Below are positions 39,613-51,400 of a DNA stretch of 64,000 nt, in pieces. Position 1 is the first letter of the stretch; each line of letters begins with the position of its first letter. The translations under genes and the position numbers were made by a program. The notes under the pieces are model-generated. The model did no database searches and was not told the DNA's origin. It saw only the letters and a program-made list of their open reading frames with translations. Source of the DNA: Botryllus schlosseri (lineage: Eukaryota); NCBI GenBank assembly GCA_051294905.1, contig CM119372.1, forward strand, positions 30,010,001-30,074,000, read 5' to 3'.

Positions 39613-39686
39613 TCCCCCCCTTCACGTGCTTTTTATTTGTTATGTGTTTTGTGTTATTGGTTATTAGCTTAGTCCGCTAGCCATCA

Positions 39687-40012
39687 CGGGGTTCGACTGC
39701 AGGCAACTGGACACTGGATTGATTCACGGAACTCCTCCCCAAATTAACATAAATGGACCCCTGCTAGTTTTAGTTTTTTGAAGTTGTTTTTCCGAGCGGT
39801 TCTAAATGCTAAGGGGAGGAGTTCCCCCACCTCTCGACAAAAAGTTTGATTTGATTTTTCACCACCACAATTACTATGATAATGCCTGCAGTCGGACCTC
39901 GCCAGTTCGCCCCTTTATTTTTTATGTTGTTTGTCGGCCTCCACCACATATATTGTGTGTTTTTGGTGGAGGCCTTTGTTTGTTGGTGCCCCCCGTCCCC
40001 GGGCGAACTGGC
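39687..40012 (+). other. Structured RNA domain in the retrotransposon 3' UTR
   Basis: Helices 39688-39705/39883-39900 (18 bp, 2 G-U), 39728-39740/39813-39825 (13 bp perfect), 39901-39912/40001-40012 (12 bp perfect) and 39936-39946/39964-39974 (11 bp perfect). Confidence 0.8.
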
Positions 40013-41989
40013 CATGTCTTCTCTGGCCCATGTTAATTAATATCGCATTTCCATTTTGTGATTTTTCGCTATTTATTTTTCGTAAAATAAAATCTTTTTC
40101 CCCGCCACCGTAAATGGCGGGTATTGTTCTGCGTTTATGTTTATCCATTTTCGCAAGGTGACCGAAGTCGCGAATATATTTATTTCGTATTGCATTTTCA
40201 TTTTGTGGAAATTTGCAGAAATAAAATATTACAAACAAAAATATGTACTATATACGGAACAGATAAATTTAAGACCCGAGATAGGAGAGAAGGTGCATTG
40301 GTAATAAGCTGTCAAAAGAAGTTTATATGGGGCGGCTTTGAGTTTTGACCAATCACGAAGGAGATAATCACATACCTCTCCTCATAAGGGGCGTCAATCA
40401 GCCAAAACTGAAACGAGCTATTACATCACAAGAACTAGGTCAAGTAACTACAAAGCACCCGGGACAATGTAAAAGATCACAGGCTATCTATCTCAGGTAA
40501 GTGCCGACTTGAGTGCAGGGATTTCAGCGGGAGACACTTCTGGCGAGCTAATGATTGTGGGGATAAAAACCCGGACAATTCCAGCGGCTTCACATTACAC
40601 TGAACTGCCTCATATTATGGAAGACAACGATGAAATTAATTATACCGATCGTTTGCGCGCACATATGATAATGGAGAGATCATATAACGTAAGGCGAACA
40701 AATTTATAACCGTCATACTAAGTGGGATTTCAATAATAATAATATTTGTGTGCGTGCATTGTTATCGCAAGCATAAGTCCGCCTTCTCCGCAAGATATTT
40801 GCGAGTGATATTAGTGCGTAATTATGCGAGAATGTGGGGCACAATAATTTCATTTCGCAGGAGGTCAGCGGTGAATATAATCATCATCATCATTGATTTA
40901 TTAGCAATTTTTATCGGTTCAATGCACCGCGGAAATGTGATACAATGAAAAGATAACATTTTTTGCGCTTCTCGCGATTTACCATGACGTATAGTTACTC
41001 GATTTTGCGAAACCCACGAAAATATATACGGCAACCTAATATCGTATGAAACTGTTTTGATACTTTAGTCTAGGAGGGTGCACTGTGCAGCCTGTGGGAC
41101 CGCGAATATTTTATATGGACCAGCATCTTTGTGCTTGGCAATTTCACGTTAAGATACGCACGTTTCGGGCAAAGTGCGACAGCTGCGTGTGCTGTATGCG
41201 TTGCCGAATGATTGGCGGCGATAGAGCATCGAAATATAATAACCACCGCATCTTGGCCTAAACTAAACGTTCGACATTGATATGTCCAGGCGCCGAAATC
41301 AGGGGTATATAGAGTTCTATAATTCCCTGGCCGAAATGACCGACGCGAATAGTCTAGTGCCCGCAGCTTCAGCCGCACGTCTCGAATGAGATCCACACAA
41401 ATAATGAGTCCCGTGTCGAAATGCGAATTTGAAATTGGGTTCGTCTCACAAAAAGGATATATTATTTTAGTTTCGCCTGATACGTGCAAGCAATTCCGAT
41501 ATGTCTGGAGCAAAGACAACCTTTACCGCTATACCGCGATCTTTGGAGCTTTGCAGACAAATCTAGCGTCAGACCAATAGTAACATCAAACCAACTTGCA
41601 TGGTATAGGGGTTGAGACATTTTTTATCATCAGGCCATCTCTTCATAACATCTTTGATCGGCCTGTCGCTTATTGGCTATGGTACCGAACACAGTAGCCT
41701 TGGAAACGATCAAGGTAACCACTGAAGATCGACCATTACGCGACTAAATTTAAAGGATGCACAATTGCACAATGCACATATTACGTACATTAGACGGTAG
41801 GTCTAGTGCGGTAAGGACCAAAATTTATACCTTTCACGGCCAATACTGTAAGAATCACTGACGTAACCAATGCCGTTACCAGCTGCAGATAGGTGGTCCG
41901 TGTGATTCCTTACTTGAAACATTGAATATCACAAAATAAAATGGTTGGCACGCAAGTTGGTAATATTTTACATTGTTTGATATTTTGGC

Positions 41990-42290
41990 ATGCTGCATAC
42001 GAAAGGTTGCCGGCACCTGGACTGGTGATTATTTAGTGGTGATTGCTTGTGTTTCGACTTGGGCGGGGGCATGCTCGTCGGCTGTCGGATGGCCTGCGGG
42101 ATGCTATTCCGCACGTCAGGTCCGGCATGTTTGATGGAGCGATGATCTTTTCGGTCGATCATGTGATGTTTGGGCGGCGTGGACGCGCGTGTGTTGTGCT
42201 TGTGCGCTTTTGATTCCGAGGTGGAAGGGGTCATTGAAGTGTTCGTGGCAGTGACCGCAGTGGAAGAACAATTATGAGTGTGAACAATAT
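41990..42290 (-). mobile_element. 3' fragment of a CR1/L2-group LINE ORF2, T>C hypermutated on the coding strand
   Basis: HKHNTR...RSIKHAGPDVRNSIPQAIR...PKSKHKQSPLNNH corresponds to the common C-terminal pattern HxYNTR...SIxYxGPxxWNSIP..IR....FK..YK..LL..Y. Confidence 0.75.
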
Positions 42291-42439
42291 GAGCCGATGG
42301 AATTTATCGGCCAATACGAATATTGTTCACCAACTTGTGCAAATTCTAGAATAACGGCTAGACTTGAAAATATTGGGGTAATTTAGCACAGAAATCACGC
42401 AAGCAATAATCGCGTGTCGATAATCTTTTGTTTTCTAGT

Positions 42440-42650
42440 TTGCTCGCTACTGGCGATCGTTATAAATAATTGATGAATATTCCGTTCGCGGTGACGATCG
42501 TAAGCTTCGTCGTGCTGCAAAACTGTAATATCCGAATTCCCCAATATGCGCTGCAGGATGGGCTGTTATTTTTCGCTTGCTACTGTCGGATCGCTATAAA
42601 TAATTAATGAATATACTGCTCACAGTGATGATCGTGATTTTCGTTGTATT
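42440..42650. repeat. Two imperfect copies of a ~75-bp unit about 135 bp apart
   Basis: GCTACTG..GATCG.TATAAATAATT.ATGAATAT...GTGA.GATCGT occurs at ~42445 and ~42578. Confidence 0.65.
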
Positions 42651-43585
42651 TGAGGCCTTTACACGGAGTACGAATTATATAATTCCCAAATTGCTGGAGG
42701 ATATTAATTCTACGATTATTACCGGCCCATATGATAGTACAACAAGAGAAGAATCAAGTTCGGTTAATAACTAGATACAGTGCATCTCCACAAACAGGGG
42801 AATTATTATGGCGTCTTTACGCCAAATACGACTCATGTTGCACCATACCATGGTATCATGCGCACTAAAACCACATGGGGCCTAGGATCTGATGTGTAAG
42901 TTTGTATAAATGCAAACTACTCACCTGTGCCCAATAACACAAGTCAATAATGCCCAAAATAGGTTTCTACGAGGGCGAGATTATTCCATCAATGGAATGA
43001 GGCTTGAATTTCAGTGATCCAAACGCTTGAAAAACGGGTCATAGCAGCGTCAGATATGCGATCCGCAGAATGATTTAATCCAATGCGTGAATCAGGTTTG
43101 AGTATTATAAAATGTTTACACAATTCGACGTAGTTTTTTACAAATACTGATATCTTGAATCCAAAATACCCCTAAAAGACAGCAATATGTTGAGCATATT
43201 CGTGGCTAATACCCATCCAACAGCGATAAACGGTTTCTCTCTAGTATAAGAGATAAATCAGTAACAAAGAGCGGCGGCGAACGACATGGATTTCATAATA
43301 TAGTATACAGCGTTATTTATGTGGTCATGCTTCTGTAATACTCCTGGCTCGCATGCATTTGAACCTTCAGTGTTCCTCACAGAGCATGTTACGATTGGCT
43401 GAAACTATATTACGATCTAGGAAAAAATCACTGCCTTGTATCTTTTGTCAGGACCGTTGTTTTAGCGGAAGCAATAACTATATTTCCCTGGCAAATCGTC
43501 GTATTGTGTGCAGGTTCTATTGTTTGCGCATAAACTTATAATATATAATGGGGCTCGAGAAAGTAGCCAGAACCTTACGCTAGAC

Positions 43586-44030
43586 CGGGTGTGGGCAATT
43601 ATTTTCCATCGCGGGCCAAATCTGAAGCGGCAAAAACGTTGGTGGGCCGCAACAAAAGTCCAGACTATGGTCCGCGGCGTGCAGTTTCATCTCTAAATTG
43701 AAAACAGAATTATATTGTTAACACATGTCGCGAAGTGGATACTTAAATATTGGGCTGCGTCCCCAGAGCTCTGTGTGGCTTGGTAAAGTAGCCTTGCTCT
43801 TTTGCTAAGCTTCGGTAGCAGGTGCGCATCAGCCGCTGGTATGTATTCACTGCATGATTTGTTATCATAATGCCGACTCAAATTATATTCGTTGAGCTCT
43901 GAGACCTGCTCCATGCCCACTACAAACCACCGCAGCTTTCATTGCTTATCATAACATGGTTTGTGAACGAGGACTGATCCACTTGATTACCGATTTGGAA
44001 ACATATCCCTTCTCAAATTAAAAACCATTC
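43586..44030 (-). mobile_element. Deleted SPIN/Charlie (GTF2IRD2-like) hAT remnant
   Basis: End CGGGTGTGGGCAA...CGCGGGCCAAA preceded by an nnnTAnnn site (cgctagac); minus-strand EQVSELNEYNLSRHYDNK resembles the N-terminal KEYNLRRHYETKH zinc-finger motif. The other end was not located. Confidence 0.65.
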
Positions 44031-46899
44031 TTACAATGCGTAATGTTACAATGACAACCAGAAGGTTTAAACTGAACTATATGGAAAGAGTGAATTCTTG
44101 TGACTCCAAGGCTGCTCAAACTTCGCCAAATACATTGACTTTATTTTGAGTCTTAATTGCGCGTGCCAAGTACGTGGACAGCATAATCTTGGCATATTAA
44201 TGAACATGCTCCAAGGTGAACTAGTTTCATGTTTAAGTAATAGTCTTTGATTTAGTCGTATAAAAATTCAGCCATGTCTGAGCCATCCCTGCGGTTTCCG
44301 CAAGGGTATTGGTGGACAGATGTCGTGGTCCGAACAGATGTTGATTTTCCCATACTCTACTCCTAAGGGACCAGAATCATTGCCATCTGTTAGGTGAGGT
44401 AATTACTTGCAGCATCAAGAATGGGGGATGTGCATTAAAAACCGGGTACAGTTGAAATGTAACATTTTATAACACGGTGAATCCGGTAGGTTTTTTCCGG
44501 AGCGTAAACTCGCTTAGTCATCAGTCCATTGTATAATGCGAGCATGGCACACCCTCTAAAAGTCTTCGTACACACTATGGTATACGGGACATCCGGTTGG
44601 GTGCCCGCGCTAATACAATTGATCCCCCATGGCATATAGGGTAATGGTAGCCCAATTAGGAAACTTTTCGGACAGCGGTCTGTCTGTCTAGTACTCAGGT
44701 CACTAAAGGGTTTCTCGTCCACTTCTTACTTGCCATCCGACGGGCGAGTCCGCATTCAGGTCGAGATACGAGCGGTTACTACTGGATAAATACAGTCCAT
44801 CTTCAAGACTACCGGACTACGACTGACCTATCGAATCGATCTCGTTTCCCATGACACGCCGAACTATTAGTTATATTCAGTGTACACTGTGCATGCGTCC
44901 TCTCTACATCGCCTAGGCCGAGTTGCTTGTAAGCCAATGATGACCAGAAGTGGTCAGTAACGAATTGTCTCCACTTATGGAAAAATTTGAAGAGGATTTT
45001 GCCTGTTTATACTGCCTTTCAAGTAAGTATGATTTGGGAATACTTCTACTGCTTGACAGTCGGTTTTATAGGCAAGAGTAAGCGTACAATAACTACTTTC
45101 TTTGGTCACCACTCCTATTTCTACTTGAGTAGAAATTCCGGCTTCACTTCTACTTGAGTAGCGACTGTGACTACCTTGACCATCTCTGCATCTCACTCGT
45201 TGGTCGTGGTACCACGAAAGACCTCGGAGATGTGTAAACTGACCTCAAAAAATCACACAATGCCGACAAAAATCATCATTATAAGGAATTCAGCAAGCAT
45301 TATTAAAGAAACACCTTTGGTGACATCACATTCTAAATGCTGCTCCCCGTGAACCATGCGTTAAAATTCTGGCGATGTATCTGTTACAACGACGGGAATT
45401 ACACGTCTAATATGATAACCAATTCATTAACTCGACGGTAGTTGAAAGCTGTGGGGTGGGGGGCAAACTATATTGACAGATGTGTTGGTTCTACTTTCGA
45501 GTGATCTGTTGCTGCATGCAAATGGAGGATCTCGGGAATATAATAAATAGCGGGTGCAATGGGGCTTAATGTGCAAAATACTTTGCGACTCAAATAGTGA
45601 AAACTACGTTAAAAGGAATTCTTAGGAGCGGAATTATTGTTACTTGATGTAAAAAAAAACAAAAACAAAACTCATTAGATAGCTCGATCTCAGTGTTACA
45701 ATTACATTAACACCACTAAAAGCCTTTCAGAGGAGCTTCCAGATGCCAGGGAGTGATTAATAATTCAGATGCGCCCTAAGACTTATGTCGGAAATCTGTT
45801 GAGGCTTTTTGCCAAATGACAAGTATGATCAATAATCCAGAAGCAGACCAAAATTTATGACAGATTTCCATTAATGGCAATTTGTCGGACATCCATTACC
45901 GATTAATTATTCATAGAAAATCCAAAAATAAAACAAGGAAGCCTTGCCCTTACACAAATAAAAGGAATAATTGATTTGATATCTGATTTGAAAAACTCCA
46001 TATAAAACCCGACATTGGCACTGTCAAAATCACAACACTTGGGTATCTACGGAAGAAGGAGGGAAGTCGAGATAGCAATACAAGGCTAATAAGATGTTAG
46101 GGGGAGATTATGCCCGACATTAGAATCGGAGTCAGAAAACTAAAATGTATAGGTAGAGGGTACTTATGCATACTGACGTGTTGAAGGGGGGTCTTTGATG
46201 CATAAAGTATATCATTAGTGGATATTGCGAATACGGAAATGGGGTAAAGCTGCCAACTAAATCTTACATTGGGAATAGTCTAGCTAAGAAATAGAAAGAG
46301 GGGCCCTGCACGGTGGGAACTGTACCTACCTTGTGTGTGGTTTGGAATAAACGTCACTCCCTCTTAGTGAAGGCGTTTATGACCAATTGGGTTTTATTGT
46401 TACACCACTTACATGATGATTATTGGAGTACACAGGCTTTAGCACTTGACAAAATATTTCTCAAGTAGGCCAGGGCTTTTCCGCCACAGACGATAACACC
46501 GAAAGGATATCTCTAATAATCCCCCTCCTCTACGGAACTTGTCACTGTCTAGGGTCCACGAATGTCTATGATAAAGGCCCGACAACATACCCGCGTATAT
46601 TATACCAATTTATATTGCGACCGACTTCTTCTCAGGACATCACTTACACGGACAAAGCAACGTTTATGATCTGGCGCCAAAAGCTAACTCGTTTCATCAG
46701 TAAAATGGGCGATCATTTAGTATATATCATGGACGGGCAACATACGGTCCACGATTGAATTCTGAACGCCCCTTAAGCAGATTCCGGCCTTGCATGATAT
46801 AGTGTGGCCCACGGCCACAGTCTAACTTTATCTACGTCACACAGACTTGTACAAGCTACTGAATTTGCAGGGAGCACAACTAGAATTGTTAAATTTTCA

Positions 46900-47620
46900 G
46901 AAATCCCAGACCAGAACTAAATGGGTAGTTTGAACGGCTGGTGTATTTTTGCTATCCCAAGAGCCAACTATACAGCAACATCACCAAATGCCTTCTGTTT
47001 TCCATTGTCCTCGCACGAACCGATATGTCAGCAGGACAACCAGAGTAAGAAAAGCTACGTCGTATTGTTCGCTGTGGATCGGGCCGTTGCAGTGATTGTA
47101 AGGTGCGTTTTGTGTATCACTGAATCAATGCAAGCTGGCAACAACTATCGAAGTAGGCTAACTGTAGTGAGTGGGATTGCGGCTACTAGGCCATAAACCT
47201 AAAATTTGTATCAAATACATTTATTTCTTGTATGTGCGGATCAGTAAACGATCAAGGCACCGATTTTGGCATCCCGCCTACTGGAGGAGTTGACCTCCCC
47301 TATTCTATATGACGACCTATGTGTGACGAACTTCGACGATTTAAGCCCTTGATGACCTCGCAACGTTTTTCGCGATCTGTCTACTCTATTACAGACGGAT
47401 TATGAAGGCATCAGTTCACACGAACACCAGTGGTCCCAAACCCTTCGGCTTGTGGAAAATTAATACTTTTACCGAACATATTATAGAAGAGAGATTGCCA
47501 ATTTACACACCCATAGATGATATAAGGAATTTTTGGATATGGCAAATAATTATTAGGCAACTAAAATGCTGGCCAAATCATATGGGGATTGATCATTGGG
47601 GCTGGGTACAGCGATTCCAG
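46900..47620 (+). pseudogene. Highly decayed Gypsy-like reverse transcriptase remnant
   Basis: Motif-like fragments in the expected order across frameshifts: DCGY*AINL (~47175; cf. D..SGYWQI), YDDLCVTNFDD (~47307; cf. YxDD), IRNF.DMANNY (~47522; cf. LRSFLGLANYY). Confidence 0.5.
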
Positions 47621-48159
47621 TACTCAATCTGAATTGAGCATTAATTTTGGTAATTTGGGCCGAGTATTAAAATTACACGCTTTTCGCCACTGAGTGTTCG
47701 ATTAATTTTTTATGTGCGCATGGCGAATTGCCTTACATGTGCTTATTGGCTGGCAAAGTCCAGAATATATTTTTTGTGTAACCCACATGTCAATAGTAGC
47801 ACATAGAAATCAATATCTGATTAGAGGTGACCTAGGGTAAATTCCGGAGTAATCAGCTCATAAGGCGTAGTCTAGGGTGAAATCGTAGGTTCAATGGAGT
47901 TTCTTTATCCAGCAAGTTTTCCAGTAGCCTTTGATAATGTCTGTGCGTTGGACAGGTAGTGTTTTACGGGAGGTCTGAGAGTTGTAAGTGTTATCCAGTA
48001 ACTACGGTTGCAGGTAGCGCTGAATGCATAGAATTTTTTAAGCCAAGCATATATAGTAGCAAGGTTATCAGTGTTCTGCGTTCGGACACCGTATTAATAG
48101 TATTTAAACTATTTCATGATAGCAGGTTAATTTGCTTTGAGAGCGCAATTTTCATATAC

Positions 48160-48278
48160 TAGGCTTACCATATTTCGGAAATGAAAAAAGAGGACACTTT
48201 TTCAGAAATTTCAGTCAAGCATAACTGGAGAAGAATTCTCAAAAACAGGTAAATTTCACCCGCTTCATGATCGGTTGA

Positions 48279-48311
<33 letters not shown>

Positions 48312-48371
48312 TCATCACTTCCACTCAGAGCTCAAAAACACGTTTTTCACTCCACATTACCAGGTGGATGA

Positions 48372-48405
<34 letters not shown>

Positions 48406-48465
48406 TCATCACTTCCACTAACAGCTCAAAAACACGTTTTTCACTCCACATTACCAGGTGGATGA

Positions 48466-48500
<35 letters not shown>

Positions 48501-48560
48501 TCATCACTTCCACTAACAGCTCAAAAACACGTTTTTCACTCCACATTACCAGGTGGATGA

Positions 48561-48595
<35 letters not shown>

Positions 48596-48831
48596 TCTTC
48601 TTTTCGCTCAGAGCTGAAATCACCACTTTTCCCTCCGAAATACCCGCCGGAGCTTCACTTCTGCGCTAATTTGCGGCATATCACTCGCAATTTCCTCTAA
48701 ATCTGACCTAAATTTTCAAAAAAGAGGACAAAATCTCAAAAAAGAGGACAAAAGGGCGTCCTCCGAGGACACTTTCAAAAAAGTCAAAAAAGAGGACAAA
48801 TCCTCTTAAAAGAGGACGTATGGTAAGCCTA
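48160..48831. mobile_element. hAT-like MITE (TAGGCTTACCAT termini, AGAGGACA repeats) with an internal poly(A) minisatellite
   Basis: TIR TAGGCTTACCATA...TATGGTAAGCCTA; exact TSD TCATATAC. Confidence 0.93.
48277..48600 (+). repeat. Minisatellite, ~3.4 x ~94 bp, each unit with a ~30-nt A tract
   Basis: Unit GACT-A(~30)-GGTCATCACTTCCACT..AGCTCAAAAACACGTTTTTCACTCCACATTACCAGGTGGAT; units nearly identical. Confidence 0.92.
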
Positions 48832-49683
48832 TCATATACTTACCCGGAAATTCCTTTCCTGCTGTTATTGAAGTGGCATTGCATTTCTGGACTGTTACCT
48901 GAAGAAAGCGGTATAAGTCAAACATAATTGCAATGATAATCGATTATAATATTGGCCTTTTTTGTGCCAGATCATATTCTCGTTACAATTTTTGCTGTTA
49001 CACTGGGGATCTGTATTGATGCGACAGATGCGAATGAATACTGACCCCTTGTGGATTAGATTTATGAGAGTGTCGAAGCATAGTGTGGACTGATTTGGTT
49101 TGTGTTTTCTTTTTATTTAACACTGTTCAGCGGCGGGCTCTGTTAGAGGGGTTGGATTGAGCATACACAATGCTTACATCAGTGAAGGTAAGAAATAGTG
49201 TCAATTGTCAGCAAATAATTGAACAAGCAGATTAGTACATATATGATACCTGGTATTGTTTCTTTAAGCTGTCATTGTACGTAACGAAGTCGAATTTCAC
49301 ACTGCTTGACAATTTTAGTGGGTTTCTGATAGATTGGCATAATTAGTATTTGGAACAGAGCTAAGATAGTGATTACTTAATCTCAGTCATTAGAAAATGC
49401 CTATATTGGTAAGGATAGAGACTAATTGAAATTTTATTTGCCATCGCTGAAAAGGCAGCTTGCGATATCTGTACCAAGTAGATTGTGGGCATAAAGCAAA
49501 TGCATGTTCATCGTTCACGCATGGTCCTACTCAACATTGGAATCTATGGCCATAGTCCTCTGTGGTGAAAAAACCATTGTGAACTTGGCAAACTAGCTTA
49601 TTACTTTCTTCTGAGGCTATATTGTAGGCTAATCAATGTATGTATATGGCTCGCGTTGTAAGTTGCAAAATAAATGTATTTGT

Positions 49684-51400
49684 TAGGGATGGTGTGAACC
49701 TCTGAAAGGTTCAGGTTCGTGTGAACGCGAACCTTTTTGAAAGGTTCTATGTGAACGCGAACGTGAACCTCATGACGTCACGTGACGTCATATTGCCAAT
49801 TTCAACCTTTTATTTCAACTCAATTAATGTGCTGTGCATGTACTGTACAGTAGGGCTCTTCAAAAATGACTTTTTTTCTCAAATCGTACTGGCTACTTAA
49901 TAAAATTGTTACGTTACCTAATTTAAGCCTACACACAAAATTTGGTTCAATTCCAGCCAGTAACCGCTTTGCTACAGGAGAAGAAAGTTAATATTTCTTA
50001 TATAAAAATAAATAATAAAAAATTTGAAAATTTTCTGTTCACCCCATGAAAGTGTTAGGCTGTCTATAGAAACGATCCTCACCAAATTTGGTTCAATTCC
50101 AACCAGTGGAAGCGGGGTTATTGCCGTCGAAAAATTTGGATTTGAATAAAATAGTATTTACGGTGAGCATAACTATAATAAATAAACAAAGAATCGGTCA
50201 CCGTAAATACTATTTTATTCAAATCCAAATTTTTCGACGGCAATAACTCCGCTTCCACTGGTTGGAATTGAACCAAATTTGGTGAGGATAGTTTCTATAG
50301 ACAGCCTAACACTTTCATGGGGTGAACAGAAAATTTTCAAATTTTTTATTATTAATTTTTATACAAGAAATTTCTTGTATAATTTCTTGTATTTCTTATC
50401 CTGTAGCAAAGCGGTTACTGGCTGAAGTTGTACCAAATTTTGTGTGTAGGCTTAAAATAGGTAACCTAACAAATTTATCAAGTAGCCAGTACGATTTGAG
50501 AAAAAAAGTCATTTTTGAAGAGCCCTACTGTACAGTACAGTACACGATACCTAGCGACGACTCGGGCCACATAATGGCAGAGTGTTGAAGTACATATTGA
50601 CGTATATTAAACGTCGCCAATAAATGTATCGACTGAGGCAATCAAATGATATAATAATCTCATAAAATCAATATCTTTCGTCGCTTTGCCGACAATTTCG
50701 ACGAGGACTTGCCAGATAATAGCCTATATGTTTTCTTATAAGCTTACGCCTTAACGGTCTAGGCCTGGCCGGACAATGTATTCGGCGTCTGAGTATTGCT
50801 ACATGGATATTGAGCAGAGTGCAGTACGGTTTCTATACTTGCTAACAATATTGCCTCAATAACAAATTATACAACAGTAGCCAACAACCTATTCGTACAG
50901 ATTATTTTTATGATACAGTATACATAAGAAGTCAAGATTGGCCCCGTGCGCCTGATAGATTTTTTCATGAGAAAACGATATCAATCTCATTGATTGGTTG
51001 AATAAGCATCATTCGCTGATTACATGCAGTGTAATTCGCTCTTGATGTTATGTGATTGGGGGTCAATCTCACAGTAAAGAGTCACTAAATATTCACAAAC
51101 GGAAAACTGGATATTTGGAGCAAACTTTAGCAAAAATTCGAGCAAAAATTTTTGAGATTGTCAAGGTGCATGCCGATTTAGTGTTGATTGTTTATGCTGC
51201 CAGCGCCATGCACAAAGTGGCCCGCAGTTGAAATGCATTAAATTTGAATCAAGGATGTTATAATGAGGTGAAAATTGCAAATATATGAAAACGGTTCACA
51301 GTGCAGAACCTACCAAGGTTCTGTTGTGAACGCGAACCTCAAAATTTCCGAGGTTCACACACAGAACGCGAACGTGAACCCCACGTTCACAATTACTTCT
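49684..51400 (+). mobile_element. TAGGGATG-family MITE, copy 2, interrupted by a foldback element; right terminus eroded
   Basis: Colinear with 3521-4794 from TAGGGATGGTGTGAACC to GAACCCCACGTTCAC; no TSD recovered. Confidence 0.88.
49851..50527. mobile_element. Foldback MITE: ~316-330-bp inverted arms with a 31-bp spacer
   Basis: Arms 49851-50166 and 50198-50527 are near-perfect reverse complements; termini TAGGGCTCTTCAAAAATGAC; TSD CTGTACAG. Confidence 0.93.

Larger units (their letters stand above)
36040..40240 (+). mobile_element. Non-LTR retrotransposon with restriction-like endonuclease (NeSL/Utopia/YURE-like); boundaries approximate
   Basis: GC-rich block containing an intact RT-RLE ORF; structured 3' UTR; AATAAA at ~40086 and ~40220, the latter followed by AAACAAAAA. 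Confidence 0.9.

Noticed and set aside
36126..39625. Overlapping and antisense ORFs within the retrotransposon
   Set aside because: Expected shadows of a GC-rich coding sequence; no recognisable domains.
39860..39900. U1 snRNA-like words (CGACTGCA...AATTGTGG) on the minus strand as a possible insertion target
   Set aside because: Only short scattered matches; the segment is explained as one strand of the 3' UTR helix.
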